A stretch of 64,000 bases of DNA. It comes from a virus. Below the pieces are notes generated by a model. The model was not told where the DNA came from and did not search any database. It saw only the letters and a program-made list of their open reading frames with translations. The stretch lies in the IMG/VR virus record IMGVR_UViG_3300021375_002698. One strand, given 5' to 3'. The position numbers were made by a program, and so were the translations under genes. Shown here piece by piece: positions 28,514-38,567 of the stretch; positions within the stretch are counted from its first letter, which is position 1, and every line of letters begins with the position of its first letter.

Positions 28514-29065
28514 ATGAGCAATAAAAATCAAATCAAAAATCGCCATAAGGGGAGAGGAAATACTTGGCTCAAGATAAAAAATGATACAAATGCATACCAG
28601 AAGATTTTAAACATTATATCTTCTGTTGACTCTAAAAAGATAGTATCTTATTTTGAAAAAGCAGGCTATGCGTGGGTTAGATTTTCTAAAGTAAATAAAG
28701 ATGAAACTGGAATGTATGAAATAAGATACAGAGGCTCAAAGCTAGACCATCCAGACTGCACGATTAACTTAGAGTGGAAAGAAATAAATAGCTTCGAGCT
28801 TTTAGGAAACACTCCTGTAAAGTTATATCTTGAAACAAAAGAAAGCAAAAAAGAAGTTAAAACAAATGATAATAAAGAAGTTATCACAATCGTTAAAGAA
28901 AGTGTTAAGAGCAAGCGTAACATTGAAGACAATAAAGCTTGTATCAAAGAAAGAATAGATAGTGCAAGAAATGTTAAACCTGTTCGCTCAACGCAGAAAG
29001 AACTAGACGTGTGGAATAGTTGGTGTAGAATAAATGGTATATTTAATTCTGAAGAAGAAATTTAG
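28514..29065 (+). CDS. Early paralog family member 3
   Basis: GRGNTW, AWVRF, YEIRYRGSKLDHP, NTP; promoter 28450. Confidence 0.85.
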   Translation: MSNKNQIKNRHKGRGNTWLKIKNDTNAYQKILNIISSVDSKKIVSYFEKAGYAWVRFSKVNKDETGMYEIRYRGSKLDHPDCTINLEWKEINSFELLGNTPVKLYLETKESKKEVKTNDNKEVITIVKESVKSKRNIEDNKACIKERIDSARNVKPVRSTQKELDVWNSWCRINGIFNSEEEI

Positions 29066-29216
29066 ATAGATGATTGTGCATGTTTTATTTATCTTTTGGC
29101 TTTACTGGATTCTTAATACAAATAATGATACTTTAAGTTCAGAAGAGCTTGTTTTTAAAATATTTACAGGTTTTCTATTGTTTACTTTAAACAACGTTCT
29201 ATAGAGGTGGTATTGA

Positions 29217-30110
29217 ATGAAATACAAAAAGATGAAAATAGATGATAGCTTTTTAAAGTATATAAGTAAGTGGAGTAAAGATGCAAGTTGCATTTTAGAC
29301 TATTGCTTGAACAACAGTCTATGGATTGCAGGAGGGTTTGCAAGAGAAGTATACAGAATAAATGTTATTAAAGAAAATGCAGATATAAAAATAGAAAATT
29401 ACTTTTTTAACAAATCAGGTGATATTGATTTGTTTGGAAAGAAAGCTGATTTGGTTTACAATACTGAATACTTTGCAAACACAGAAAGTAATAATGACTT
29501 TACTTTTCATGAAAGTTTATACACTAGCAATATTGTCTTTTCGTGCGTTAAAAAGCTAAGAGAAAAAGACAAATTAAATTCAGCTATTAGATCAGGAATT
29601 GCATTGCAGATTGTAAATAAAATAGATCATGAAAATATTTTTGATTGTCTAGCAAGTTTTGATATAACTAATTCTAAGTATTGTATCTATAAAGAAAACA
29701 ATAACTTTTTTTTGACGTTTGATGAAGATGCAGAGTATTATGACAGTAGAAAAGAGTTAGATATAAGTCATAGCGATACTCCTTATCTTGCGCAAAGAGT
29801 AACAAAGTATATCAAAAGGAAAGATTTAAACAAGATTTCAAAAAGAAGTAGAGATAAAATAAAAGAATTTTTTGTTAATGTAATATCAAACAAGTGGAAT
29901 AAACATATTAAAGTTCAGACATTTAATGAATTATCAAATATCCATGCTGACATTATTCGACTTGACAAAATAATTAAGTTAACAGAAGAAGAAATTATTA
30001 TAATGTTGGGTAAGATTAATACTTTAATTTACAATGACGACTATACATATTTTGTATCAAAAGATTGGGCGTCTGAAACTATTTTGAGAGGTGTGAAGAA
30101 TGAAAAATAA
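29217..30110 (+). CDS. Nucleotidyltransferase (CCA-adding/poly(A) polymerase head-like)
   Basis: WIAGGFAR, GDIDLF, SFDIT. Confidence 0.65.
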   Translation: MKYKKMKIDDSFLKYISKWSKDASCILDYCLNNSLWIAGGFAREVYRINVIKENADIKIENYFFNKSGDIDLFGKKADLVYNTEYFANTESNNDFTFHESLYTSNIVFSCVKKLREKDKLNSAIRSGIALQIVNKIDHENIFDCLASFDITNSKYCIYKENNNFFLTFDEDAEYYDSRKELDISHSDTPYLAQRVTKYIKRKDLNKISKRSRDKIKEFFVNVISNKWNKHIKVQTFNELSNIHADIIRLDKIIKLTEEEIIIMLGKINTLIYNDDYTYFVSKDWASETILRGVKNEK

Positions 30111-30420
30111 AGAAGTTAAAAAAGGTGATATGATATATTACAAAGGAATATCAGGAGGTGCTTACATTATTGTTTGTGATAGATCTAAAAAATCTTTTTT
30201 TGCTCCAAACAAGAAAGGCATTAACGTAAAAGGCGAGAAATTTCCTTTATTGAAATATGAAAAGTTTAGTATTGTTTCTTTTGACATAGTAGGTAAAGAA
30301 ACAAAAGATTACAATGTAAATATTTCTTTGACTAGACTTATAGCTGGAGGACAAACTTTCATTATAAGTCAAGATAGTCTTTACAATTACTTTGCTGTTG
30401 AAGAAAGCAGATTCCATTGA
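30100..30420 (+). CDS. Hypothetical protein
   Basis: GAGG SD. Confidence 0.65.
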   Translation: MKNKEVKKGDMIYYKGISGGAYIIVCDRSKKSFFAPNKKGINVKGEKFPLLKYEKFSIVSFDIVGKETKDYNVNISLTRLIAGGQTFIISQDSLYNYFAVEESRFH

Positions 30421-30671
30421 AAGTTAAAGTTGGAGACCTTTTGTGGGTTACACTAAAGCATGCTTGCAACGAGTATGGATATGGTAAAGTAACTGAAGTA
30501 TGGGAAGATATTGAAGTGGGTGTTTGTTTTGAGTTTTTTTGTCAAGTCAATGGTGGATTAAGAATGGGTTTAGAAAAAAATATAATAGACAAGCCTAATT
30601 TAAGAATGACGTCTAAATTGTTTGAGCAAAGAAAGTTATATAGCGAGATGTTAAAAAAGAAAAACAAGTAA
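30417..30671 (+). CDS. Small SH3/KOW-like protein
   Basis: KVGDLLWV ... YGKVTEV. Confidence 0.65.
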   Translation: MKVKVGDLLWVTLKHACNEYGYGKVTEVWEDIEVGVCFEFFCQVNGGLRMGLEKNIIDKPNLRMTSKLFEQRKLYSEMLKKKNK

Positions 30672-30738
30672 TACTTTTATAGTGTAATTTTTAAATTATA
30701 GTATTATAATAATAAAAACAACCAAGAAAGATTTTAAC

Positions 30739-31356
30739 ATGGACATTCAATCAATTAGAAAAATAATTTTTCCTGCTGTTTCTGATGTAGTTTCTAAGTT
30801 AGAAGAAGAAAATCATAGTATTAAAATTACATTTCTTCGTGAAATATTCAATGAAGCTATTAATGGCGCACTTAATATTAGTCATACAAATAATACAAGC
30901 ATCAAAGCTATGTTTTCTGGTAGAGGCAGAGCTTGGGCATCAACTACAGTATCAAATGATAATCCAGTCTGGATCAGTATTAGACATACATTAAGTAAAG
31001 AGATATTATATAGTGATCCTTCTTCTAAGCAATATAAAGAATGTACTAATTTGTTAGATACTTTTGAATCAGCTGGTTTTGCTTGGATGAGATTTGATTC
31101 TGTTTCTAAAAACAATTTAAGATTTAAGTTAAGAACAAAAGGCTCTAAGTTAGAGCATCATATTAAATTTTACACGGACAGCTGTTATATAAGCAGAGGA
31201 TATATAAAAAACTTAGAAGGTGTTCCTCATAGATTAGGATTAGAATCAGGTAATTTCGAAGAAGAAAACGTTGTCAAAGAAGTTATTGAAAAGCCTGTAA
31301 GTAAAGAAGAGTTACATTCTGTTGGAATAAAAACATTAGAAGATATATTGTCTTAA
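30739..31356 (+). CDS. Early paralog family member 4
   Basis: MFSGRGRAW, AWMRF, RTKGSKLEH, GVPH; promoter 30682. Confidence 0.85.
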   Translation: MDIQSIRKIIFPAVSDVVSKLEEENHSIKITFLREIFNEAINGALNISHTNNTSIKAMFSGRGRAWASTTVSNDNPVWISIRHTLSKEILYSDPSSKQYKECTNLLDTFESAGFAWMRFDSVSKNNLRFKLRTKGSKLEHHIKFYTDSCYISRGYIKNLEGVPHRLGLESGNFEEENVVKEVIEKPVSKEELHSVGIKTLEDILS

Positions 31357-31371
31357 CATATAGGGGTAATC

Positions 31372-31620
31372 ATGAGTCATAAAGAAGAAGTTAATCATCC
31401 ATCACATTATTTGAAAGGCTCAGGCTTTGAAGTAATTGATGTTGTGAATGCTTGGGATTTAAACTTTCAGTTAGCAAATGCAATAAAATACATTGCTCGC
31501 TCTGGGAAAAAAGACCCTAACAAAGTCATTCAAGACTTAGAAAAGTCAATTTGGTATATAAAATATGAAATTGATAGAATAAGTAACAATAAAAATATTT
31601 TAAAAAAAGAAAGAGAGTAA
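31372..31620 (+). CDS. DUF3310 family (T7 gp1.7-like) protein
   Basis: VNHPSHY, EVID, NAIKYI.R.GKK, DLEK..WY. Confidence 0.85.
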   Translation: MSHKEEVNHPSHYLKGSGFEVIDVVNAWDLNFQLANAIKYIARSGKKDPNKVIQDLEKSIWYIKYEIDRISNNKNILKKERE

Positions 31621-31627
31621 GTTAGTA

Positions 31628-31810
31628 ATGAGAGTAAAAATAAAATGGGATCTTGCTGATACTGGGTTTGAAGGATTTCTCTATGAAGAAGCGATTAGAG
31701 ATCTAGGACTACCTAAAACTCTTTCATTAAGCTTAGAAGAAGATGAAGAAGTAGAGTCATATTTGCAACAAGAGTATGGATTTTACGTAGAGTCTTGGGA
31801 AGAAGATTAA
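31628..31810 (+). CDS. Small acidic protein
   Basis: IKWD ... LP ... YGF.V. Confidence 0.7.
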   Translation: MRVKIKWDLADTGFEGFLYEEAIRDLGLPKTLSLSLEEDEEVESYLQQEYGFYVESWEED

Positions 31811-31836
31811 CTTTTAATTTCAACATATAAAAAGAG

Positions 31837-32367
31837 TTGGTTGCTGCTATGAGAGATAGAATTTTAAAAAAGTTTAAAGATGTAAGTCATAAATGGTTTT
31901 ATTTAAATATTAAAGATACAGCTTTTAATATTGTTTTAAGTGATATAACAAGTGCAATTCAAGAGGGTGATATAACAGCAAATGATGCTATAAAGTTAGT
32001 TATGTCATTTAAAGAAAAAGAAAAAGCGTTTATAAAACTTAAGAACGTTAAAGGCAGAAATGATATTATATGCTCATGTGAGTTAATTACAAAAGACAAC
32101 AAGAAAATTAAAACTACAGTCTCTGGTAATGTTATTTTAAACAGGTGTGTCTTAATTGAGGGAACACCAAAGAAATTAAAGTTATATAAACAGAAAAGCG
32201 CTAACTTTAAAAATTGGATAAAACCAGATGACAATTTCACAGACGAATTTAAAATGCCTATAGAAGAAGAGCTTACTGAAGACGGTTATTATCTTTATAA
32301 ATCTTTTTGTCTAGAGCTTAAAAGATTAAATATCACAGCAAAAGAATACTATAAAAGGTTTTGCTAA
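31837..32367 (+). CDS. Divergent member 5 of the early paralog family
   Basis: KWF, AFIKL, EGTPKKLKL align with 28514. Confidence 0.55.
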   Translation: MVAAMRDRILKKFKDVSHKWFYLNIKDTAFNIVLSDITSAIQEGDITANDAIKLVMSFKEKEKAFIKLKNVKGRNDIICSCELITKDNKKIKTTVSGNVILNRCVLIEGTPKKLKLYKQKSANFKNWIKPDDNFTDEFKMPIEEELTEDGYYLYKSFCLELKRLNITAKEYYKRFC

Positions 32368-32441
32368 TAGCGCCAGTCTATTTTTTTCAAGTAATGATAT
32401 ATAAACATTAGAATTATAGAAAATACGTAAGGACAGCCATT

Positions 32442-32657
32442 ATGAATTCTGGAGCGCTGTGTTTAGTAAATGAAAAAGATCTGTTGTATGGATATATCTT
32501 TAGTGATGATAATCATAAAAACTTTACTAGAGTAAAAGTAGAGACAGGAGTTTATTTAGTTATAAAAATTTTCCCAGATAAATTTTATGAAATTCTTGTT
32601 GATAAAAAAATTGTTATGGTGAAACTTGAAGACAAATTTATTAAAGGATATAGTTAA
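32442..32657 (+). CDS. Small beta-rich protein
   Basis: AAGGA SD. Confidence 0.6.
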   Translation: MNSGALCLVNEKDLLYGYIFSDDNHKNFTRVKVETGVYLVIKIFPDKFYEILVDKKIVMVKLEDKFIKGYS

Positions 32658-32675
32658 TATAGGGAGGTCTTTATC

Positions 32676-32915
32676 ATGAAAAATCTTGTTTTAAGTATTT
32701 CAAAAGAAAATAAGTCTTTTGATATTGTCAAAGATGAAACTATTCTTATATTTGAAAATGTAACAGCTTACGAAGAAGAAATTATATCAATGATTGAAGA
32801 AAACAAAATTAGTTATTTAGAACTTGAAAGTTTAGTAAAAAGTTGGGGTGGCAAATTAAAGTCTGTCAAGCTAAAAATGATTATTAACGAGTATTATAAA
32901 AGTATAGAAAAGTAG
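32676..32915 (+). CDS. Hypothetical protein
   Basis: GGAGG SD. Confidence 0.7.
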   Translation: MKNLVLSISKENKSFDIVKDETILIFENVTAYEEEIISMIEENKISYLELESLVKSWGGKLKSVKLKMIINEYYKSIEK

Positions 32916-32935
32916 TGCTAAATTGAAAGAAAAAA

Positions 32936-33331
32936 ATGTTTACAAAACAATACTATAGAAATCTTATTAATTCAAATTCTTCAAGTCTTAATCCGATTGA
33001 TGAATTAGTAAAATCAGTTTTCCTAAACAGAAAACCAAAAAAAGATTTTATTATAAACACTAGCAATTCAATTTTATCAAAAACGCTTTATGGATATGAA
33101 TATAAAACAATAGCTGTAGGACTTGATCAAGAAGAGATAGAAGTTTATATTCAAGACTCACACCTGTTCATACATACAAAAGAATTGACTAGAGAAGATA
33201 ATATTGCTGATCCTTTTAAAGTTATTATTAATCATAAAATAAAGTTAAAAGACAAAGTTGATGAAGACAATATAATTTCACAACTCTCTAATGGCGTGCT
33301 TAAAGTTATAGTTCCCTTTAAAACTTTCTAG
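32936..33331 (+). CDS. Hsp20/alpha-crystallin small heat-shock protein
   Basis: GLDQEEIEV ... VDEDNI..QLSNGVLKVIVP. Confidence 0.8.
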   Translation: MFTKQYYRNLINSNSSSLNPIDELVKSVFLNRKPKKDFIINTSNSILSKTLYGYEYKTIAVGLDQEEIEVYIQDSHLFIHTKELTREDNIADPFKVIINHKIKLKDKVDEDNIISQLSNGVLKVIVPFKTF

Positions 33332-33380
33332 AATATCGTAACTAATTTTATTTAACATTAAAGTCTGTATAAATAAATTT

Positions 33381-33407
33381 AAAGCCAGGATTTATCCTGG
33401 TTTTTTT
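33381..33407 (+). terminator. Intrinsic terminator at the convergence of the two transcription blocks
   Basis: AAAGCCAGGA-TTTA-TCCTGG-T7. Confidence 0.85.
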
Positions 33408-33410
33408 GTT

Positions 33411-33596
33411 TTAAATAAACTTAATATTTTTCTTGTGTACACAGTAACAGTTTCTTTCTATGAAGACATTATAATATTCATGAAATTGTTTCGATTTGTT
33501 AAGTACTATACATACTTTTTGATTTTTGTACCCTAAGTTTATAATTCCTAATGATGATTTATTTTCTTTTATTTTACTCACTATAATACCCTTCAT
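33411..33596 (-). CDS. Small SH3-like protein
   Basis: AGGA SD. Confidence 0.55.
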   Translation of the reverse strand: MKGIIVSKIKENKSSLGIINLGYKNQKVCIVLNKSKQFHEYYNVFIERNCYCVHKKNIKFI

Positions 33597-33649
33597 TTCG
33601 TCAAATTCCTGCTGTTTCTAGTTACTTTGTATTAGTCTTAAGTGCTATT

Positions 33650-33991
33650 TTATTTTATAGCTATCACGTTAGTTTTAGAAATCTTTTTTTGTTTTAAAGT
33701 CTCAGATAACATTACTTTTAAAAAAGTATCTTTGACATCTAAGACTATACCTTTTTCTTTATACACTTTGTTCATAATACAAAAAACAAGATCACCCTTT
33801 TCTATAGACTCTTCTTGTTTAGTATTTTCTTTTGTCAGTAGCTCTAAAGAAAACTTTTTAAAAATAAAATTATGTTCTATGTCTTTTAATTTAACAATAG
33901 CATGTGTATTGTTAACTTCTTCAATGAACATCTTATATAACTTACTCATACCTGAGTACTTTAAATATACCCTGTCACCTTTAGAAAACAT
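33650..33991 (-). CDS. Tandem SH3/KOW-like protein
   Basis: KGDRV and KGDLV repeats. Confidence 0.65.
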   Translation of the reverse strand: MFSKGDRVYLKYSGMSKLYKMFIEEVNNTHAIVKLKDIEHNFIFKKFSLELLTKENTKQEESIEKGDLVFCIMNKVYKEKGIVLDVKDTFLKVMLSETLKQKKISKTNVIAIK

Positions 33992-35008
33992 TTATTTTTT
34001 AAATTCTTTTCCTCTTCTATAATCTCTTCTTGCGACTTGCATTCCATCTTGAGATCTTCCTATTGCTGATTGATTATAGTTGAATTGATTAGCTTTATTT
34101 CTTCTTTCTTTATTTGGGTCTTTTCTCATGAAAGGTAATGCTGCTAAATATGAAGCTGACCTGGCTATTTTTTCTATTTCATTAAGTGTTATTGTCTTAT
34201 AGTCAGGATTAATATACTCTTTATTGTCGTTATAATATTCAGAAAGACATCTTTTCAAAGCATCAAAAGTTATACTTTCAATACCCTCTTCTCCTAATGT
34301 TAATTTTTCGCTTTCACTAAAATATCTTTCTAGAATATTTATAATTTTATCACTGCCGTCTTCAATAATTGAGTCTATAAGATTTTCTATTTTTTCTGAT
34401 AGCTTTGCATTCATTTCTCTTTCATGAACTTTACCACTAACTGCTCCTGTCAAATCTAAAATACCTGTAAATCCTGCTTGTCTATATGATCTTAGTCTTT
34501 GATCTTCAGAATAGTATCTTTTAAATAACTTATCATTATAACTTTGAACTTTAGCATCAATTGATGAATAGTTAACTGTGTCTAAAAGTATAAAAGTTCC
34601 TAAGTCATTATATCCTTGACTTTTTAATAATTTATCATGTGGGTCTTTTACTTTGTTTATTGTGCTTTGAATAAATACAGGATCAAAAGACTTGTTTTTT
34701 ATTATTCTTGAAACTAAGAATGGATCTACAGATGTTCTATTTAATCCGCTTGGTTTTCCTTCTATGTCAATAAAACTTTCATATTTTTCGCTAGAAGGAA
34801 CTCTTACTTTAATAAATTCTTTTTCATATCGCTGTATGTTTGGATTTTTTCCATCATAAAGAACAATAAAATATTCTCCTGACTGTTTTCTTTCAATAAC
34901 ACCCATATTTAAATCTTCTAGATTAGCTTGACCTCTTCTACTTCTTCTACTAAGTCTTGATTCAATCAGTAAAGATATATATTCTTTTATTAAGTTTGCG
35001 TTACTCAT
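33992..35008 (-). CDS. Hypothetical protein with LIKEYISLLIES leader
   Basis: Long ORF; leader motif. Confidence 0.75.
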   Translation of the reverse strand: MSNANLIKEYISLLIESRLSRRSRRGQANLEDLNMGVIERKQSGEYFIVLYDGKNPNIQRYEKEFIKVRVPSSEKYESFIDIEGKPSGLNRTSVDPFLVSRIIKNKSFDPVFIQSTINKVKDPHDKLLKSQGYNDLGTFILLDTVNYSSIDAKVQSYNDKLFKRYYSEDQRLRSYRQAGFTGILDLTGAVSGKVHEREMNAKLSEKIENLIDSIIEDGSDKIINILERYFSESEKLTLGEEGIESITFDALKRCLSEYYNDNKEYINPDYKTITLNEIEKIARSASYLAALPFMRKDPNKERRNKANQFNYNQSAIGRSQDGMQVARRDYRRGKEFKK

Positions 35009-35669
35009 TAATATTCCTTTTATTGTTTCTTTTAATATAATTATTAAGAAAAATACAAAAAGCTAAAAAAACAAAAAACATAAAATTAAATCTACTTTTA
35101 GCTAATAAAGTATTGCAAGATTCTTCATGCCTATATGCGTCATCACTACTTAAATTATTTGATATTTTAGGACTACTATCAAATATCTCTTCAGGATCAC
35201 GAGGTTGTTGTCTGTTTAATTCTTCAAAACAATATGAATTACCAAATTGATATGGACAATCATCATCAGAATTTAAAATATTGTCATCATCAATATCTTC
35301 ATCACAACTATCACCAGCTCCATCGCCATCAATATCAGACTGATCTTCATTCCATTCAAAAAGACAATTATCACAAATATCACCAGCTCCATCGCCATCT
35401 CGATCAGTCTGCTCTGGATTAGATATTCTCATGCAATTATCACTAGGATCTTCAATACCATCATCATCAAAGTCATCAGCATGTTGGTATGTATCGCCTA
35501 AGTCTGTATTTGATATTAATATAGAACCACCTCCAGATTGTCCACCTCCTCCACTTTGCTCAGGTGTACCACAATCACCAAAGTTGTTGTCACATTCATA
35601 TCCTTGTCCATATGATATATTAAGTGTAAATAAAATAAAAATTAAACAGATGATCATTTTGTTAATCAT
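35001..35669 (-). CDS. Thrombospondin type-3 repeat surface protein (MtsC-like) with C-terminal Cys-TM-basic anchor
   Basis: Signal peptide; DxDxDGxGDxCDNC repeats; SC followed by TM and KRNNKR. Confidence 0.8.
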   Translation of the reverse strand: MINKMIICLIFILFTLNISYGQGYECDNNFGDCGTPEQSGGGGQSGGGSILISNTDLGDTYQHADDFDDDGIEDPSDNCMRISNPEQTDRDGDGAGDICDNCLFEWNEDQSDIDGDGAGDSCDEDIDDDNILNSDDDCPYQFGNSYCFEELNRQQPRDPEEIFDSSPKISNNLSSDDAYRHEESCNTLLAKSRFNFMFFVFLAFCIFLNNYIKRNNKRNINE

Positions 35670-35791
35670 TTCAATATCCTTTCAGCTATAAAGCATAGTT
35701 TATTCCAATTAAGCATTTATTGTACTTGAGAAAAGCCTGTCATGTTTTCTTTAATCATGTTTCATTCTTTTCTATAACTCTTTTTCAAATA

Positions 35792-38056
35792 TTAACTTAA
35801 AATAAGTTTAATATATTTTCTTAAATATAAGTCTACATTTTCATTTGTATTTAAGACTTCAACGTATTTTTCAGAAAAAGCTTTTTTGACTTCTTCAGCA
35901 TTATATAAATATGATTCATCATCTATGTAATCATAAATATTTTTTAAATCAATAGTCTCTAGCCCTAAGTCCTTTAAGTCTAATCGCTTAGATAACGAAA
36001 CAAGAAGTTTAGACTTAAGTTTTCCTGATTCTATTATATTTCTTAATACTCTTACAATAGTTTCTTTACTAAATGTATTTAAATCTTTTCTTTTAGTAAT
36101 TTCATATTTTTGTTTATAAGATCTTCCCTTAGAAATTTCTAACAATTCTTCTTCTTCAATATCATCTTTTCTAGCTGCTATTATTAAAGGATGTTTAGAA
36201 TATTTATTTTTTTTAGCTTCTTTGCTTACTTCCTTATTTTCATGTCTATATAAATTTTCAAGTATATCGACAGGAACTCTTTTACACTTTGCTAATTCTA
36301 AAGATATCATTGTTCTATCTATAGATGTACCAATTGAATCGTCTAAAGACATGTCATATATTTTTTTGTACATCTTAGCAGGTAATTTTTCATGATTAAT
36401 AAACAGGCTATAAATCATCACTATGTCATATTTTGCATCCTCATTTTGATACAAGCTGTCAAAGAAAGCATTCAACAAGTCATCAGGAAAATACTTATCT
36501 TGTAATATAATCTCTATTTCATTATAGCTAATACTTTCAAAAGGAAAATCTACAAAAAACTGGTAAACACTTTTATTTTTTCTTGCGTCTTCTGTTATAT
36601 AAGTGTAAAAATGATCTGCAAATAAAGCAGGTTCTTCTGAAATTAAATTTTCAATTATATCTGTAAAAGATTCTTTTGTTTTACTATCTAATTTATCATA
36701 TTTATTTGTGCTAATTATATTGAAGCATACTCTATGTTCCATTTCTTCAATTTCAAAGTCGTATTCAAATTCTAGATTAAATAGATGTTCTTTGTTAATT
36801 ACTGAAGACACTATATCAATAGGACAATTTAAATTTTGAAGTAGTGATTTTATAACATTTTGATCTTGTTCTTTTTCTAATATACTTCTTATCAACTCAC
36901 TATCTAAAGACTTTGAATTTATACCTATGTTTTTTAATTTTACATTATCTTGATAATATAAATATTCAGCAATCTCTTTGCCTTCGATAGAATAATTAGA
37001 TATTTGTCTAGCTTCACTTACAAACAAGTCTAAGTTGCTTTCATTTGCTTTTTTCATATCTTTAAACTGGACTAATGTAATAGATTTATAATATTCTTCA
37101 GGAGTAATTTCTTGTTTATCATCTTTTTCTGCATCTTTATAAATTATATCATAAACATCTCCTAAAGATTCTTTTATTTTGGTCTCGTCAATAGGATTAT
37201 TAAATACATTTACTGTTGCTGTTCCTTTTTGTAGTGATATATTACTTCCTTTTTTAGCAAAACTTACACACATTTTATAGTCGTTTTTTTCTTTACTTGT
37301 ACTTTTTCTAATACAATAATACATATGAAGATTTAATTGTCTATGATAATTTAAAAACATATTACGTTCACTAACAGTTGAAGTGCACCAAGTCATATTT
37401 CCTGTATGCTTTCCTGAACCATCTACTTCTTTGTTAAATGTAGTATCATATACTAATCTGCTACCATTCCAATAGGATCTAGATAGTGATATTGAACCTT
37501 TAATAGTTCTAGGATAACATACAATCCAGTCACTTGAACTTTCATTAACAATGACATCAAATTCTTTAGTATTTCCTGAAGATTCTGAAAAATTACTTTC
37601 ATTTAAACACTTAATAAATAACTTTGTATTAAGTTTAATTTCGTTTTTTGCTTCTAAATATTTTAAAAGATCATCATATGAAGCAGTTTTTTCTTCTAAA
37701 GCCCTCTTAAGATTAATTCTACTTCCGCCAGGAACTCTAACAGTCAAGTCTTCACCTTTTGAAAATTGAGGTAAAACATGAATTAAGTAGTCTTTAAACA
37801 AAGAGACTACATCGTACATACTGTGTTTACCTTCTTTTAGAGTATTATGAACAATATCTAAAAAAACAGCGTCTTGTCTAAGTTTATTTCTAATCTTAGG
37901 ATCAGGATTGTTTATGTAAAAATCCCATTCTTCTTCTGTTACTTTTTGTGGGCTTGAACTAACAAATTCTTTTTTGATATCATCTATTTTAGATTCTATA
38001 AGTAGTGCACTATTTAAAAATTTTTTCCACTCTAACATGACTTCTTTTATACTCAA
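35792..38056 (-). CDS. Large protein with head-type leader, TWC motif and C-terminal helical repeats
   Basis: MLEWKKFL..LLIES; TWCTS; NLNCPIDI and VPVDILENL repeats. Confidence 0.75.
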   Translation of the reverse strand: MSIKEVMLEWKKFLNSALLIESKIDDIKKEFVSSSPQKVTEEEWDFYINNPDPKIRNKLRQDAVFLDIVHNTLKEGKHSMYDVVSLFKDYLIHVLPQFSKGEDLTVRVPGGSRINLKRALEEKTASYDDLLKYLEAKNEIKLNTKLFIKCLNESNFSESSGNTKEFDVIVNESSSDWIVCYPRTIKGSISLSRSYWNGSRLVYDTTFNKEVDGSGKHTGNMTWCTSTVSERNMFLNYHRQLNLHMYYCIRKSTSKEKNDYKMCVSFAKKGSNISLQKGTATVNVFNNPIDETKIKESLGDVYDIIYKDAEKDDKQEITPEEYYKSITLVQFKDMKKANESNLDLFVSEARQISNYSIEGKEIAEYLYYQDNVKLKNIGINSKSLDSELIRSILEKEQDQNVIKSLLQNLNCPIDIVSSVINKEHLFNLEFEYDFEIEEMEHRVCFNIISTNKYDKLDSKTKESFTDIIENLISEEPALFADHFYTYITEDARKNKSVYQFFVDFPFESISYNEIEIILQDKYFPDDLLNAFFDSLYQNEDAKYDIVMIYSLFINHEKLPAKMYKKIYDMSLDDSIGTSIDRTMISLELAKCKRVPVDILENLYRHENKEVSKEAKKNKYSKHPLIIAARKDDIEEEELLEISKGRSYKQKYEITKRKDLNTFSKETIVRVLRNIIESGKLKSKLLVSLSKRLDLKDLGLETIDLKNIYDYIDDESYLYNAEEVKKAFSEKYVEVLNTNENVDLYLRKYIKLILS

Positions 38057-38168
38057 TTAAATTTTCCTTGCGTTCTTATAATAATTATATAACATCACAA
38101 GCTTTTTTAAATACTTGTATATACAGCCTACTGTTTCGTCAAATCATATCATGACTTTTACTCAATAT

Positions 38169-38194
38169 AAAAAAACCAGCAATAAGCTGCTGGC
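38169..38194 (-). terminator. Intrinsic terminator (minus strand)
   Basis: Minus strand CCAGC-N8-GCTGG-T7. Confidence 0.65.
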
Positions 38195-38221
38195 ATTATA
38201 ATAATAATTAATTTATTAGCT

Positions 38222-38389
38222 TTATATTTTCCTTAAAGCAGATTCTGCTACTGTATCTGTTCCGTTATAGAATAAGCATAAACAATCAATTATAGTATCC
38301 CATCTACTATAATCTTTTTTCAATACTATCACAGGAATATCATGATACAAACATAAATCACCTACTTTTATTTTTACTTCATTGTTCAT
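38222..38389 (-). CDS. 55-aa SH3-like protein (MNNEVKIKVGDL...)
   Basis: Hand translation. Confidence 0.55.
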   Translation of the reverse strand: MNNEVKIKVGDLCLYHDIPVIVLKKDYSRWDTIIDCLCLFYNGTDTVAESALRKI

Positions 38390-38567
38390 TTTTTATACTC
38401 GTTAAACTAAATGATGTTATTAGATCTATAACGTCTGAAGGAAATAAACATTTATAAACACAAGCATCAGAGTTTTTAACAATTATCATAGAATTTATAA
38501 CAACATATATGTTCTTTCTAGGGTAGAAAACTAATTCTTGCGCTTTAAACTTCTCTTTTGTTTCCAT
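38379..38567 (-). CDS. Small SH3-like protein
   Basis: Overlapping ORF in operon. Confidence 0.55.
   Translation of the reverse strand: METKEKFKAQELVFYPRKNIYVVINSMIIVKNSDACVYKCLFPSDVIDLITSFSLTSIKNEQ

Larger units (their letters stand above)
2226..30710 (+). promoter_or_regulatory. Plus-strand promoter family GTGTAA-N17/18-TATAAT (about 30 copies)
   Basis: GTGTAA starts at 2226, 2315, 2561 (TACAAT), 3436, 3761, 4208, 4560, 4930, 5317, 5614, 6159, 6697, 7517, 7629, 7982, 8316, 9204, 9477, 11368, 12262, 14438, 17465, 17782, 19289, 20726, 21745, 23301, 24112, 27808, 28450, 30682; spacers counted by hand; usually followed by SD and ORF. Confidence 0.9.
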
